Of a DNA stretch of 64,000 nt, positions 13,020 to 28,793 are shown piece after piece (positions within the stretch are counted from its first letter, which is position 1; each line of letters begins with the position of its first letter). The DNA comes from the human T2T-CHM13v2.0 reference genome, Homo sapiens. Below the pieces are notes generated by a model. It was given only the letters and a program-made list of their open reading frames with translations, was not told where the DNA came from and ran no database searches. Both the position numbers and the translations under genes were made by a program. The stretch lies in assembly GCF_009914755.1 (NCBI RefSeq), contig NC_060943.1; one strand, given 5' to 3'.

Positions 13020-14197
13020 TCTGGGAAGTGAGGAGTGCCTCTGCCTGGCCGCCGCCCCATCTGGGAAGTGAGGAGCGCCTCTGCCTGGCCGCTGCCCCAT
13101 CTGGGAAGTGAGGAGCACCTCTGCCTGGCTGCCCACTGTCTGGGATGTGAGGAGCCCGTCTGCCTGGCTGCCCCATCTGGGAAGTGAGGAGAGCCTCAGC
13201 CCAGCCGCCAACTGACTGGTATGTGAGGAGCACCTCTGCCTGGCTTCTGCCCTGTCTGGGAAGTGAGGAGCACCTTGGCCTGGCCACCACCCTGACTGGG
13301 AAGTGAGGAGCACCTCTGCCCAGCTGCCCACCGTCTGGGAAGTGAGGAGTGCCTCTGCCCGGCTGCTGCCCCATCTGGGAAGTGAGGAGAACCTCTGCCT
13401 GGCTGCTGCCTTGTTTAGGAAGTGAGGAGCACCTCGGCCTGGACGCCTCCCTGACTGGGATGGCAGGAGCATCTCTGCCTGGCCGCCACTGTGACTGGGA
13501 AGTGAGGAACGCCTCTGCCCAGCTGCCCACAGCCTGGGAAGTGAGGAGCACCTCTGCCCAGCAGCCCACCATCTGGGAGGTGAGGAGCGCCTCTGCCCAG
13601 CTGCCTACAGCCTGGGAAGTGAGGAGCACCTCTGCCCAGCAGCCCACCGTCTGGGAGGTGAGGAGCGCTTCTGCCCAGCTGCCGCCCCATCTGGGAAGTG
13701 AAGAGCTCCTCTGCCTGGCTGCTGCCCTGTCTGGGAAGTGAGGAGCGCCTCTGCCCGGCTGCCCACCATCCCCCCGATCTGGGAAGTGAGGAGTGCCTCT
13801 GCCCAGCTGCCCACCATCTGGGAACTGAGAAGTGCCTCTGCCCAGCTGCAGCCCCAACGTCTGGCAAGTGAGGAGCACCTCTGCCTGGCCGCCGCCCTGT
13901 CTGGGAAGTGAGGACGGCCTCTGCACAGCTGCCACCTCATCTGGGAAGTGAGGAGCGCCTCTACCCACCCCCGCCCTGTCTGGGAAGGGAGGACTGTCTG
14001 GGAAGTGAGGACTGCCTCTGCCCAGCTGCCTCCCCATCTGGGATGTGAGGAGCACCTCTGCCTGGCGACTGTGCAACCTTCCGAGTGTGAAGTGACAACC
14101 TTCTGTGTGATCTTTTCTGTCTTCCCCAAGTTTGCATTTTTGACATTAAAGTTTACTTTTTAATTAAAAGTTTTAAATTGGGAAACATTAAAAAAAA
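13020..14197 (+). mobile_element. SVA2 element (VNTR + unique 3' sequence + poly(A); no Alu-like or SINE-R domain)
   Basis: VNTR units ctgggaagtgaggagcgcctctgcc... over 13020-~14065, 3' unique gtgcaaccttccgagtgtgaagtgac...ccccaagtttgcatttttgacattaaag, an A tail, and a degenerate TSD aaagatatatgcac / aaagacgtgcac. Confidence 0.85.
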
Positions 14198-15635
<1,438 letters not shown>

Positions 15636-16219
15636 ACCCACGAGTGCAGAAGAGCGCAGTGTAACTGGAAAGAATTGTTTGTTCTACAGATAGTGGTCCT
15701 GGTGGGGCTGTACTCTGATTTATTTCTGTGTCCATGCAGGCAGATGAGATTATGAACAGGTGCTCCATAATGCTAGGTAGATGGAGAAAACAGGATGCTG
15801 TGGCAGATTCAGTGTCTGGGGTGGGGATATGCCAGGAGACTTGTAGACACTTTTGTGGCTTTTTGGCAAGAAACACTAGGATCAAAAATGCTGTGGTGAA
15901 GTTCCTGATGGTGGTGCCTAGTCCCAGGAGGACTGTGAACACATTAATGTCCAGTAGGTTTGTTTGTGAGTGGGTGGGAATGCTGGGGTGACAGCTGTGA
16001 GACAAGGGGGTCTGTCATTAGAGGTCCTTTCCTCTGAGTTTTCATTTTCTCTCACCCTGGGAGGAGACCTGGAATCACAGAACAACAGGTAGTGTGACAG
16101 CCTGTGTACAGGAGAGCAGAGCCTCCCATTTCCAGACACCCAGAGTTCCATTTGAGGTCAGGCCTCTGTGATATCTTTCTTCTGGCACCAAATCTGTAGA
16201 GTTTGCTGAACAAGCAATT

Positions 16220-16520
16220 CTCTAACACCAACTCAATGTCTAACATTTGAATTCTGACACCACCCAGAGTCAGCACAGACTCTGATTCAGGGCTCAGTTC
16301 CACAACATTGTCCTCATTGCAGATGCCAGTCACAAACCCCATAGGCCCATCTATGTGTCTGAGATACTGTTTAAAAATTGGGGACTCCCGAGCCCTTTCT
16401 CAAGTTCAATTATCTGATCAACCTACTCACAGAACTCAGAAAAACACTGTAGTTATGTTTACCAGTTTATTATAAAACATACAACTGAAGAAAAGTCCAA
16501 TGGAAGACATGTATAGGACA
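16220..16520. mobile_element. MER21/MER77-like LTR fragment
   Basis: Motifs aattctgacac...agggctcagttccacaa...cagatgccagtcacaa...ctcacagaactcag...tttaccagtttattataa. Confidence 0.6.
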
Positions 16521-16703
16521 AAAAAAGAGGTGGAAAGCTGAAACACATACATAACCCTGGTAAATAGGGTAAATAGCTGTGATTAATAAAATTCTTCATC
16601 CTTTGTGTTCTCCAGGAATAGTTTATAGAAAGAAACACTCTTCCTATTATGACTTAAGATGGTGCTCTTTTTTCTTATTTATTACAGAGCCAGACACAGA
16701 CTC

Positions 16704-17170
16704 TGCCAGAGGTACACAGCCTCCATTTTGAATAGGGGCTGAGTAAAATAAGGCTGAGACCTACCGGGCTGCATTTCCAGATGGTTAGGCATTCTAAGCC
16801 ACAAGATGAGATAGGAGGTCAGCACAAGATACAGGTCAAAAAGCTGGCTTGCAGTAAAGAAGCGGGATAAAAGCCACCAAAACCAAGATGGTGATGAGAG
16901 TGACCTCTGGTCATCCTCACTGCTACACTCCCACCAGTCCCATGATAGTTTACAAATGCCATGAAAACATCAGGAAGTTACACCATAAAGATCTAAAAAG
17001 GAGAGGCATAATCCACCTTTTATTTAACATATAATTAAAAATTAACCATAAAAATGTGCAACCAGCCTAAGGAGAAAGCCATTTCTTTTATTTCTTTACT
17101 TCCTTAATAAATTTGCTTTCACCTTACTCTACGACTCGCCCTGAATTCTCTCTTGAGCAAGATCCAAGAA
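16704..17170 (+). mobile_element. MER41 solo LTR (MER41A-type)
   Basis: ctccattttgaataggggctg, aaccaagatggtgatgagagtgacctctggtc, ccttaataaatttgctttc, ctcgccctgaattct...gatccaagaa. Confidence 0.8.
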
Positions 17171-17613
17171 GAAACTGGAAATTTAGTATCTTATTGCAAG
17201 CTAGATTGAGGCTGGAGAAATGGGGGATGGGTCCCAAGACCCTGCCTGGGACACAGGTGAAAAAGGCAGCAGAAAATCAGTTCCCCGTGGAGTGTGAAAA
17301 TAATTAAGTGGCAGGAAATTAGAGTGAGGTGTTTCTAGTCCCTGGGTTCCTACTTCAAAAAAACAAACACAAAAATCTAACTCAGGTGCATTATTTTTAA
17401 TTACCACATTCAAAGAAACAAAATTCAGGCTTCAGCAACTATCAACCGCCAATTAAGTTCTGATTACTTAATCAGGACTTTTTCACCTTTAATGTACAAA
17501 TTAAGACACTATGTAAAAAAAAAACACATCACGTGGCTGGGTGCGGTGGCTCACGCCTGTAATCCCAGCACTTTGGGAGGCTGAGGCGGGTGGATCATGA
17601 GGTCAAGAGATCA

Positions 17614-17896
<283 letters not shown>

Positions 17897-18458
17897 CTAA
17901 CCAATTATTAAACTTGGTTTTCTTCATCATGCATTTTATAAAAGACTTTCCTTCAAGTCTCTCCCATAGACCACAAACTACAAACCATAGCTGGGTGCTC
18001 TACAATTCTAGAACCACTCTTTGATTAAGTTATTTAATATTTTTGCAGTAACTCCCATAAATTTTTAATAGGAGAAAATAGGAACTGGGACCCCCACGCA
18101 CGAAAGTTCTTCCTATTTATGAACCGCATCCCAAGTCAGGATTCTCCCCTGATGACCCTCCCGTGGTCCCTGCACAATCTGAGAGAGATGCAGGGCCGCG
18201 GGTGCAGAGCTGCCCAGAGAGGGCACCAGGCCAGGGCACAGTCACTGCACAGGGAAAAGACAGGACACCCAGGGCGCTGGCTGTCGGCACAGCCACCATA
18301 TTATGGCTGAAGGGGACTGAGGCTGAGATGGGCCAGGAGAACTTGGGTGCAGATTGTGGAGCTGACTGCTGGGAGGCCTAAGTCCTACCACGACCACTTC
18401 CCACTGGTTCCAACCAGCCCCTTCCGCTCTCTCAGGATGTCGGACCCAGCACTCTCAC

Positions 18459-18620
18459 CATTTCTAGGCTTCCAGGGCGTCCCGTTTTAGCTGTGGATCT
18501 CCCAATACCTGCAGGTCACAGGGCTACAGAGGCTAGGCCTCTAGGAGCAGAAGACACAGAGCAGTGAAAATGAGACCTGGAGCTCCAGCTGCAGCAAGAG
18601 ACAAAGGACTCCCCACATCC
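18459..18620 (-). other. ATG-terminated first exon of a second ZNF91-subfamily KZNF-type gene/pseudogene, transcribed leftward
   Basis: Reverse complement reads ...gtgacctgcaggtattgggagatccacagctaaaacgggacgccctggaagcctagaaATG|gtgaga, the characteristic exon 1 of this subfamily; donor at 18458-18457. No KRAB exon is seen in 1-18400. Confidence 0.8.
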
Positions 18621-18800
18621 CAGAAGCCATCCTCTCCACTCCAGCTGCGCCTGATTGGACAGTTCCCAGCCCAGCGTTGCTGATTGGATAATGTTTAAAA
18701 CCCCACCCTCTCAGGCCTTGACTGACAGAAGATGTGATTAGATGCTGGGTTGAATGAAGAAAGAGTGACAGCCTAGGCTGCAGCCTTTTCAGGCAGGGCT
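18620..18800 (-). promoter_or_regulatory. KZNF-type promoter with two CCAAT boxes
   Basis: CCAATCAG on the minus strand at 18651-18658 and 18680-18687, 29 bp apart, directly upstream of the exon. Confidence 0.7.
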
Positions 18801-19007
18801 TACTGTCAGAGATGAGCTAGGCCCACCTTACAGGGTATTTGCATTCAACCTTGTGTATAAGGTCATATGCTTTTGTAAATAATGTGTCATAAATCCTCTG
18901 AAATAAAATTTTGAATTTTCTAGTAGCCAAACTTTAAAAAGAAACAAGGGGCTGGGCATGGTGGCTCCTGCCTGTAATCCCAACGTTAGGGTGAAGCAGG
19001 CAAATCA

Positions 19008-19226
<219 letters not shown>

Positions 19227-19499
19227 TCAAAAAAAAAAAACAAAAAAGACAATTGAATAAAATTTTTGTATAAATATTTACATAGCCCATCAGGTATCAG
19301 AAATGTACATAAAGTTTTGATTGTCTTCTCAGGATTATATATTTGACCAAAAAAAAAAGGTCCTAACCCATTTTAGTAATCTATAATAGTAACCAAACAC
19401 ACAGACACAAACACCCACACACACACTTCATTTATTAACTTAGATTATTTTTTCTCTCTTCTGTGATGAGTAATTAAATGCAGTGTTTTTGATAAAAGA

Positions 19500-22330
19500 A
19501 GTTTTTTTTTTTTTCCTTTCTGATCTTGGTTATTTCTTTACTTCTGCTGGGTTTGGGTTTGGTTTGTTTTTGTTTCTCAAGTTCCTTGAGATGTGACCTT
19601 AGATTGTCTATTTGTGCTCTTTCAGATTTTTTGATGTAGGCATTTAAGGCTATGTACTTTCCACTTAGCTTCACCTTTGCCATATCCCAGATGTTTTGAT
19701 AGGTTGTGTCACTATTATTGTTCAGTTCAAATAATTTTTAAATTTCCATCTTGATTTTATTGTTGACCCAATGATCACTCAGGAGCAGGTTATTCAATTT
19801 TCATGTATTTACATTGTTTTGAAGGTTCCTTTTGGAGTTGATTTTCGATTTTATCCCCCTGTAGTTTGAGAGACTACTTGATATAATTTTGATTTTCTTA
19901 AATTTATTAAGAGTTGTTTTGTGTCCTATCATATGGTCTATCTTAGAGAAAGTTTCACATGCTGATTTGGGAACTTCAGTGTTAGGTGCTTATATATTTA
20001 GAACTGTAATATTTTTCTGTTTGACAGGGTTTTTATCATTATATAATATCCCACTTTGTCTTTTCTTAACTGCTGTTGTTTTAAAGTGTGTTTGTCTGAT
20101 ATATGAATATCTACTTCTGCTCATTTTTGGTATCCATTTGCATGGATTTTTTTTTTCACATTTTTACCTTAACCCTAGTGTGTTAGATGAGTTTCTTGAA
20201 GGCAGAAGATACTTGGTTGGTGAATTCTTATCTATTCTGCAATTCTATATCTTTCAAGTGGAACATTTAGGCCATTTACATTCAATGTTACTATTGAGAT
20301 GTGAGGTACTGTTTTATTTATCATGCTATTTGTTGCTTGAATACTTTGTTTTTATAAAACATTTTGTTGTATTCATATTTTATAGGCCCTGTGAGATTTA
20401 TGCTTTAAAGAGGTCCTGTTTTGATATTTTTCCAGGACTTCTTAGAGTTCCTTTTAGCAGTTTTTGTAGTGCTGGCTTGGTAGCGGTGAATTCTCTCAGC
20501 ATTTGTTTGTATGGAAAGACATTTTTTCCTTCAATTATGAAGCTTAGTTTTCCTGGATACAAAGTTCTTCACTGATAGTTGGTTTGCTTAAGGAGGCTGA
20601 AAATAGGGTCCCAATCCCTTCTTGCTTGTAGGGTTTTTGCTGTTAATCTGATAGGTTTTTATTTTGTATATTTTTAGGTTACCTGGTGCTTTTGCCTCAC
20701 AGCTCTTAACATTCTTTCCTTTGCCTTGACTTTAGATAACCTGATAACAATTTGTCTAGGCAGTGGTCATTTTGTAATGAATGTCCCAGGTGTTTTTGAG
20801 CTTCTTGTATTTGAATGTCTAGGTCTCTAGCCAAGAAAGAAAAGTTTACCTCAATTACTTTCCCAAATATGCTTTCTGAACTTTTAGATTTCTCTTCTTC
20901 CTGAGGAATGCAAATTATTTTTAGGTTTGGTAATTTAACATAATTCCAAACTTCTTGGAGGCTTTGCTGATTTTTTTATTCTTTCTGTTTGCCTTTGTTC
21001 GATTGGGTTAATTCAAAAATCTTGTTTTGGAGCTCGGAATTTCTTTCTTCTAGTTGTTCAACTCTATTACTGAGACTCTTCAGTACATTTTGCATTTCTC
21101 TAAGTGTGTTTTTATTTCCTGAAGTTGTTATTGTTTTTTATTTATTCTATTTTTTTCACTGAAGATTTCTCCCCTCATATCTTGTATTATTCATTGATTT
21201 CCATAAATTGGACTTTACATTTCTATGGTACCTACTTGATTAGTTTAATAATTGACTTTCTAAATTTTTTTTTAGACACTACATGGATTTCTTCTTGGTT
21301 TGGATTCATTGCTGGTAAACTTGCATGATTTTTGGGTGGTGCTAAAGAACATTGTTTTTTCATATTACCAGAATTGTTTTTCTGGTTCTTTCTCATTTGG
21401 GTAGACTGTGTGAGAGGGGAGATCTGGGGGCTTAAGGCTGCTGTATAGATTCTTTTGTCCCACAGGGTGCTCCCTCGATGTAATACCCTAACCCTTTTTC
21501 TAGGGATGTAGCTTCCTAAGAGCTGAACTATAGTGATTGTTATTTCTCTTCTGGACGCAGGTCTATTAGTCTCTGGGCTGGTACTTGAGGGTGTCTGCAC
21601 AGAGTCCTGTGATGTGAATCATCTTCAGGTCTCTCAGCCATGGACACCAGCACCTGCTGTGGTGGAAGTTGCAGAGGAGTGAAATTGACTCTGTTGCATC
21701 CTTAATTGTAATTGTTTAATGAACTAGTTTTTTGCTGGTTGGCCTCCTGCCAAGAGGTGGCACCTTCAAGAGAGCATCAGCTGTGGTAGTATAGGGAGGA
21801 TCAGCTACTGGACAGGACCCTAGAACTTTCAAGAGAATATGAATTTTGTCTTTGTCTACCAGAGTGGGTAGGGAAGGACCATCAGGTGGGGGCAGGGTTA
21901 GGCAAGTCTGAGCTGAGACTCTCCTTTGGAGGTGCTTGCAGTGGCTGCTGTGGTGGGATGAGGTGTGGTTCCCAGGTCAATGGAGTTATGTTCCCAGGAG
22001 GATTATGGCTGCCTCTGCTGGTGATGCACGTTGTCAGGAAAGTGGGAAAAAGCAGACAGTCACAGGCCTCACCCAACTCCCACACAACCCAAAAGGCCAG
22101 TCTAGCTCCCATGATGCCTCTCCCCCCGACAGCACCAGGTTAGTTTTCAGGGAGTGGGTGAGCAGGGCTGAGAACTTGCCCCAGGCTACCAGCCTCCTGG
22201 CAAAGAGAGCAAGCAGGACTTTTACACCTTTCCACCTGTCAAGTCTGCACATTGGATTCACGCCCTCCTCTGAGTTCTGGCAAGAAAACTTCACGTTTGG
22301 TTGGAATTGTTACAAAGTTAAGCTGGAGGT
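19500..22330 (-). mobile_element. L1 (L1PB-like) 5' portion: 5'UTR, ORF1 and ORF2 start; degenerate
   Basis: Minus ORFs [37 protein letters not shown] (ORF2) and QMRKNQKNNSGNMKKQ (ORF1 start). Confidence 0.85.
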
Positions 22331-22656
22331 AAAACCATTTTATATTTTTAATAAAATATTTTTTTCAAACTTTCTGCTAACTTACAGATCTAAATATATT
22401 TAGCTTTTCTATATCATATAAAAATAAGATTCTAGTCAGGCATGGTGGCTCACACTTGTAATCCCAGCATTTTGGGAGGCCAAGAAACAAAGACTGTTTA
22501 AACCCAGAAATTTGATACCAACATGGCAAAATCCCATGTCTACCCAATATACAAAAATTAACATTTGGGCACGGTGGCTCAAGTGTGTAATCCCAGCACT
22601 TTGAGAGGCTAAGACAGGCAGATCACAAAGTCAGGAGATTGAGACCATCTTAGCTA

Positions 22657-22875
<219 letters not shown>

Positions 22876-23763
22876 TTAGCTGGGCATGGTGGCCAGTGCC
22901 TGCATTACCTGCTATTCAGGAAGCTGAGGTAGGAGGATGGCCTGAGCCCAGGAGCTTGAGGCTGCAGTAAGCCATGATCAATCTACTGCTCTCCATCCTG
23001 GGTGAAAGAGTGAAATCCTTTCTAAAAAAATGCCAAAGCATAGCAACGTAAACTTCTGTGGGTTTTTTTAAATTGTTGTTATTATTATTCTAAGAGCTTT
23101 TGAGGTAAAGGTGTTGTTTGGCTACATAGGTAAGTTCTTCAGCAGTAATGCCTGAGATTTAGGTGCACCCAGCAACTAAGAAGTGTATACTGTACCCAAT
23201 GTGTAGTCTTTTAGCTCTCACCCTCCTCCTGCTCTTCCCCTCAAGTCCTCAGAGTTCATTATATAATTCTCATGCTTTGGAATCCCCATAGCTTAGCTCC
23301 CACTTGTAAATGAGAACATACGATATTGATTTTTTATTCCTGAGTTACTTCACTTAGAACAATGATCTTCTAATCCATTCAAGTTGCTGTGAATGCCATT
23401 ACTCCATTTTTTAATGGCTGAGTATTACATGGTATATACATATCACATTTTCTTCATCCACTTGATGGTTGATGGGCATTTAGGGTGCTTCCATATTTCT
23501 GCAACTGGAAATTGTTTTGCTATAAACATGACTGTGCAAGTGTCTTTTTTATATAATGACTTTTTTCTTCATGTAAATGCCCAGTAGTGGGATTGCTGGA
23601 TCAGATGGTAGTTCTACTTTTAGTTCTTTAAAAAAATCTCCTGGCTGGGTGTGCTGGCTCAAGCCTATATTCCCAACACTTTGGGAGGCCAAGGTGGGTA
23701 AATCACCTGAAATCAGGAATTTGAGACCAGCCTGGCCAACATGGTGAAAACCTATCTCTACTA

Positions 23764-23982
<219 letters not shown>

Positions 23983-24142
23983 TTACATTTCCACCAGTAG
24001 TGTTAAAATGCTCCATTTTCATCAAATCCATGGCAATATCTAGTTTTTTGATGTTTTAATTGTGGCCATTCTTGCAGGAGTAAGGTGGTATCACATTGTA
24101 ATTTTAATCTGCATTTTCCTGACAATTAGTGATGTTGAGCAT

Positions 24143-25157
<1,015 letters not shown>

Positions 25158-25696
25158 CAAGCATTTTTTAAATATGTTTGTTGGCCATTTGTATATCTTC
25201 TTTTGAGAATTGTCTATTCGTGTCATTCGTCCACATTTTCATGGGATTATTTGTTTGTTTGTTTGTTTGTTTGTTTTTTCTTGCTGATTTGTTCAAGTTC
25301 CTTGTAGATTCCGGGTAACAGTCCTTTGTTGAATGCATTGGTTGTAAATATTTTCTACTCTGTGGGTTTTCTCTTTACTCTGCTGATTACTTCTTTTGCT
25401 GTGCAGAAGCTTTTCAGTTTAGTAAGTCCCATTTATTTATGATTTTTTTTTTTTTGCATTTGCTTTAGGGTTCCTGGTTACAAACTCTTTGCCTAAGCAA
25501 ATGTCTAGAAGCGTTCTTCTGATGTTATCTTCTAGAATTTTTATAGTTTCAGGTCTTAGATTTCAGTCTTTGATCCATGTTGAGTTGATTTTTGTATAGG
25601 ATGAGAGATGAAGACCCAATTTTCTTATTCTACATGTGGCTTACCAGCTATCTCAGCACCATTTCTTTAACAGGCTGTCCTTTTTTTTTTTTTTAA

Positions 25697-25801
<105 letters not shown>

Positions 25802-26053
25802 TGAGTAGCTGGGAATACAGGCGCGTGCCACCATGCCTGGCTAATTTTTTGTATTATTAGTAGAAACTGGGTTTTGCCATGTTGGTCAGGCTGGTCTTGA
25901 ACTCCTAACCTCAAGTGATCCACCTGTCTTGGTCTCCCAAAGGGCTGGGATTACAGGCATAAGCCACTGTGCCTGGCTAATTTTTGTAGTTTTATTAAAG
26001 ATGAGGTTTCACCATGTTGGCCAGGCTGGTCTCAAACTCCTGACCTCAGGTGA

Positions 26054-26170
<117 letters not shown>

Positions 26171-28425
26171 TAAGTATTTGGGTTCATTTCTGGGTATGAA
26201 ATTCTGTTGTTGTTCTACATGCCTATTTTTATACCAGTACCATACTGTTTTGATAACTATCACCTTTTGATATAGTTTGAAGTTGGTAATGTAATGCCTT
26301 CAGATTTGTTCTTATTACTTAGTCTTGTTTTGGCTATGTGGGCTTTTTTTGGTTCAATATGAATTTTATAATTGTCTTTTTTTGTTTTAGTTCTGTGAAG
26401 AATGATGATGCTATCTTTATGGGAATTGCATGGAATTTGTAGATTGTTTTTGGCATCATGGTCATGTTCACAATAGTCACTCTACTTATCCATGAGCATG
26501 AAATGTGTTTCCATTTGTTTGTGTCATCTATAATTTATTTCAAGTGTTTTGTTATTTACCTTGTAGAGATCGTTTGCCTCCTTGGCTAAGTATATTCCTA
26601 ATTATTATTATTATTATTATTATTATTTTTCAGCTGTTGTAAGAGGGGTTGAGTTCTTGATTTGATTCCTAGTTTGGGTTGCTATTTGTGCATAGCAGTG
26701 CTACTGAATTTTGTACATTGATTTTGTATCCTGAAACTTCACTGAATTCATTTATCAGATCTAGGGGCTTTTTGGATGAGTCTTTAGTGTCTTTTAGGTA
26801 TACAATCACATCATCAGTGAACAGTCACAGTTTGACTTCCTCTTTTCCAATTTGGATGCCCTTTATTTCTTTCTCTTGTTTGAATGCTCTGGCTAAGAAT
26901 TCCAGTACTATGTCGAATAGAAGTGGTGAAAGTGAACATCCTTGTCTTGTTCTAGCTCTCAGGGGTAATGCTTTCAAATTTTTCCCATTCAGTATAAGGT
27001 GGGCAGTGGGTTTGTCATAAATGGCTTTTGTTACCTTAAGCTATGTCCTCTCTCTGCCAGTTTTGCTAAGGGTTTTAATGCTGAAGTGATGCTGGATTTT
27101 GTCAGATTTTTTTCTGAGCCTATTGAGATAATCATGTGATTTTTGTTTTTAATTCTGTTTATGTGGTATATCACATTTATTTACTTGCATATGTTAAACC
27201 ATCCCTTCATTTCTGGTATAAAATGCACTTGATCATGGTGTATTATCTTTTTGATATGCTGTTGTATTTGGTTAGCTAGGAATTTGCTGATAATTTTATC
27301 ATCTATGTTCATCAGAAATATTTACTTTTTTTGTTTTTTTGTCATGCCTTTTTCTGGTTTGGGGATTAGGGTGATATTGGCTTGATGGAATGATTTAGAG
27401 AAGATTACCTTTTTATCTTTTGGAATAGTTTCAGTAAGATTGGTAACAATTCTTCTTTGAATGTCTGATGATAAAATATATCTGTGAATTCATGTACTCC
27501 TGGACTTATTTGGTTAGCAATTTTTTATTACTATTTCAATCTCACTACCTCTTATTGGTCTGTTCAGAGTTTCTGTTTCTTCCAGGTTTAATCTAAAAGG
27601 ATTGTGTATTTCCAGGAATTTATGCATCTTCTCTAGGTTTTCTAATTTGTACATGTAAATATATTCATGGTAGCAAAATCTTTTGTATTTCTGTGGTATT
27701 GTCTGTAAATCTTCCATTTTGTTTGTAATTGAGCTTATTTAGATCTTCTCTCTGCTTTTTTTGGTTAATCTTGCTAGTAATGGTCTATCAATTTTGTTCA
27801 ACTTTGTAAACAACCAGCTTTTTGTTTCATTTATTTTCTTGTATTTTTTTGTTTCAATTTCAGTTAGTTTTTCTCTTTGTTATTTTTTCTGTGCTGCTGC
27901 ATTTGGATTTGATTTGTTTTTGCTTCTCTAGATTTTTGAGGTGTAACCTTATGTAGTCTGTTTTTGCCATTTTAGACTTTTTGATGTAGGCATTTATTGC
28001 TATCAACTTTCTCTTAGCACGACTTTTGCTGTATCCCAGAGGTATTCATAAGTTGTGACATTATTGTCATTCAAATCAAAGTGTTTTTAAATTTCCACCT
28101 TAATTTTGTTGTTGATTCAAAGCTCATTGAGGAGGCTGGGCATGGTGACTCACTCCTATAATTCCAGCACTTTGGTGGGCAGATCACTTGAGGTCAGGAG
28201 TTTGAGACTATCCTTGCCAAAATAGTGAAACCCCATCTCTACTAAAAATACAAAAATTAGCCAGGCATGGTGGCTTGTTCCTGTAATCCTACCTACTCGG
28301 AGGCTGAATTGCTTGAACCTAAGAGGTGGATGTTGCAGTGAGCCAAGATCATGCCACTGCACTCCAGCCTGGGCAATAGAGTGAGACTCTGTTTCAAAAA
28401 AAAAAAAAAAATCATTCAGGAGTAG

Positions 28426-28793
<368 letters not shown>

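Noticed and set aside
8170-14065. CRISPR-like appearance of a repeated ~25-nt core with variable spacers
   Set aside because: Variable parts are only ~10-15 nt and related to each other, there are no cas genes, and the context is a primate SVA.
12951-14129. Minus ORFs up to 360 aa
   Set aside because: SVA2 VNTR translations.
18459-18620. Exon 1 of ZNF708 itself
   Set aside because: It lies downstream of the ZNF708 stop codon on the minus strand, so it belongs to another unit.
19889-20575. 228-aa hydrophobic + strand ORF
   Set aside because: Antisense reading of the L1 ORF2 endonuclease region; non-ATG start, compositional artefact.
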